Below, in pieces: positions 62,272 through 64,000 of a DNA stretch of 64,000 nt. A program made the translations under genes and the position numbers. The stretch spans positions 1,344,001 through 1,408,000 of the forward strand of contig CBDCTJ010000007.1 of the NCBI GenBank assembly GCA_965222115.1, written 5' to 3'. The notes under the pieces were generated by a model. The model was not told where the DNA came from, did not search any database, and saw only the letters and a list, made by a program, of their open reading frames with translations. Each line of letters opens with the position of its first letter. Position 1 is the first letter of the stretch. This DNA comes from Planctomycetota bacterium (GTDB lineage: Bacteria > Planctomycetota > PLA2 > JAEUHO01).

Positions 62272-63759
62272 ATGAGCCCTGCTCCCACCCCACCTCCACC
62301 TGACGACGACAACAATCGGGAAGTCGATCAGGAAGCCGGGCACGATGTAACCATCGCGACGACGGGTGATGGTTCGGGTGAAGTGAGCGCCGAGGAACAA
62401 GCATCGCCATCTGCTGTCATTGCCCCGCCCGTCATCGCCATCGTGGGGCGACCCAATGTGGGCAAATCCACATTGCTAAATGCCATGGCGCGCACGCGCG
62501 TGGCCATTGTTGAACCCACACCGGGCGTTACGCGCGATCGCATCGGCGTGCTCTGTACGTATGCCGAACGAACGGTAGAAGTGGTGGACACGGGCGGTGT
62601 TGGCATTGTGGACATGCAGGGACTCGAAGAGGACGTCGAAGGACAGATCGCCTCGGCCGTTGAGAATGCCGACGTGATTCTCTTCGTGGTGGATGCACGC
62701 GACGGATTGATGCAACTCGATTCGCGCGTGGGCGAGTTGTTGCGTCGCACAAAAACGCCCGTGCTTTTGCTGGCCAACAAAGTTGAGGGCGAGCGGCCTA
62801 CGTGGAATCTGCACGAGTTTTTGCCGCTTAGCTACGGCGAGCCTCTCCCCATTTCAGCGAAAGAGAAGATCGGCCTCGACGCCTTGGAATCTCTCGTCGA
62901 ACGCTACTTACCCAAGGGCAAGACCACGCCCGTGCGCATGGCACCGCCCGATCTGCGCCTTGCGATCGTGGGACGTATGAACGCCGGCAAGAGTTCGCTC
63001 GTCAACGCGCTCATTCATCAGGATCGCATGATCGTGAGTGAGGTGCCCGGCACCACCCGTGACAGTGTGGACATTCGTTTTGAGCTTGATGGTCGCTCGT
63101 TTGTCGCGATTGACACGGCGGGAATTCGCAAAGAGAAGACGGTTCATGGTTCCGTGGACTTTTATGCTCAGCGTCGGGCAGAAAAAGCCATGCGACGCGC
63201 CAACGTGACCGCGCTTGTACTCGATGCCACGCGCGATGTTGGACGGTTGGATCGAAAGATTGCCGACTATGCGGTGCGCTTTTATCAGCCCGTCGTCATC
63301 GTCGCCAACAAATGGGACCTCTGTGACGACATGACGCCCAAGGCGTTTACCGCGTACTTGGATAAAGCCCTTCCCGGAAATCGCTACGCACCGATTGTGT
63401 ACGCGAGCGCGCTCACCGGCTGGAATGTGCATCGCGTCATGGACGTGGCGTGGGGGCTGTTCCAGCAGGCCACCACACGTGTGGGGACTTCAGAAGTGAA
63501 CAGCGTGTTAGAGTCGGCCTACGCACTTCGTAAGCCTCGTCCCAAGAAAGGGAAGATCGGTCGCATCTATTACGGAAGTCAGGTTGAGATTGAGCCGCCA
63601 ACGTTCGTTGTCTTTGTGAACGAAACGTGGCTCTTCCCCAAGAATTACATTCGCTACCTTGAGAACCGCATCCGCGAAGCGTTCCCGATGGACGAGGTGC
63701 CGGTCAAAATCGTCCTTAAGGCGCGGGATCGTTCGCCGTCCAAGAATATGTACGGATAG
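62272..63759 (+). CDS. der: Ribosome biogenesis GTPase Der (EngA)
   Basis: Two G domains (GRPNVGKS/DTGG/NK and GR.NAGKSS/DTAG/NKWD) and a KH-like 'PPTF..F.N' region. Confidence 0.97.
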   Translation: MSPAPTPPPPDDDNNREVDQEAGHDVTIATTGDGSGEVSAEEQASPSAVIAPPVIAIVGRPNVGKSTLLNAMARTRVAIVEPTPGVTRDRIGVLCTYAERTVEVVDTGGVGIVDMQGLEEDVEGQIASAVENADVILFVVDARDGLMQLDSRVGELLRRTKTPVLLLANKVEGERPTWNLHEFLPLSYGEPLPISAKEKIGLDALESLVERYLPKGKTTPVRMAPPDLRLAIVGRMNAGKSSLVNALIHQDRMIVSEVPGTTRDSVDIRFELDGRSFVAIDTAGIRKEKTVHGSVDFYAQRRAEKAMRRANVTALVLDATRDVGRLDRKIADYAVRFYQPVVIVANKWDLCDDMTPKAFTAYLDKALPGNRYAPIVYASALTGWNVHRVMDVAWGLFQQATTRVGTSEVNSVLESAYALRKPRPKKGKIGRIYYGSQVEIEPPTFVVFVNETWLFPKNYIRYLENRIREAFPMDEVPVKIVLKARDRSPSKNMYG

Positions 63760-64000
63760 CACGTCGTTCCTCGATGCACGTCATGCCTGTAGGGCTGCTA
63801 CGATTCGCTGCATGAACGGACGACCCGCCCTTGCATTGTTGATCTTCGTGAGCCTTTTGATGTTGGCTCCGCATACCTCCGCTAAGGACGAACCCCTGCA
63901 TCTCGAGGGAAGTAGCGCAACGATTCAGGCGCCGCCATCTAGTTGGGCGCACACCAAGCACGACGAGCAAGCGGGGCAAATCGGTTGCACTTGGACCTAC

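Noticed and set aside
63760-64000. Short ORF at the right edge
   Set aside because: No recognisable motif and little context before the window ends.

Overview
64 kb of a GC-rich bacterial chromosome, most likely Planctomycetota (inferred from the groEL-groES-groEL-dnaJ-grpE-FmdB-yacG cluster, several prenyltransferase/squalene-oxidase-repeat proteins, HEAT-VWA and carboxypeptidase-regulatory-like proteins). It is mostly housekeeping: prfB with a programmed +1 frameshift, purH, rnc, mfd, rpsT, def, ribF, tRNA-Phe, cutA, asnB, chaperones, queE and der. It also holds a parDE toxin-antitoxin module, a GMC oxidoreductase pair and a lower-GC ~7.5 kb accessory island (about 37.7-45.4 kb) with an IS256 remnant and pseudogenes. 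The top finding is a probable unannotated selenoprotein at 47385..49055 (-). Two ORFs in the same frame are separated by one UGA, which sits in a U-V-G-G-A-C motif and is followed by a SECIS-like hairpin. Read through, the protein matches the domain order of its intact tandem paralog at 49402..51504. Other points: many genes show a leaderless-type TANNNT-N6/7-start signature, RNase III has a long disordered tail with a repeated FGAGI motif, one gene is an ExbD-prenyltransferase fusion, and the chaperone operon has a sigma54/enhancer-like region with no CIRCE. All calls come from reading the sequence by eye; no searches were run.
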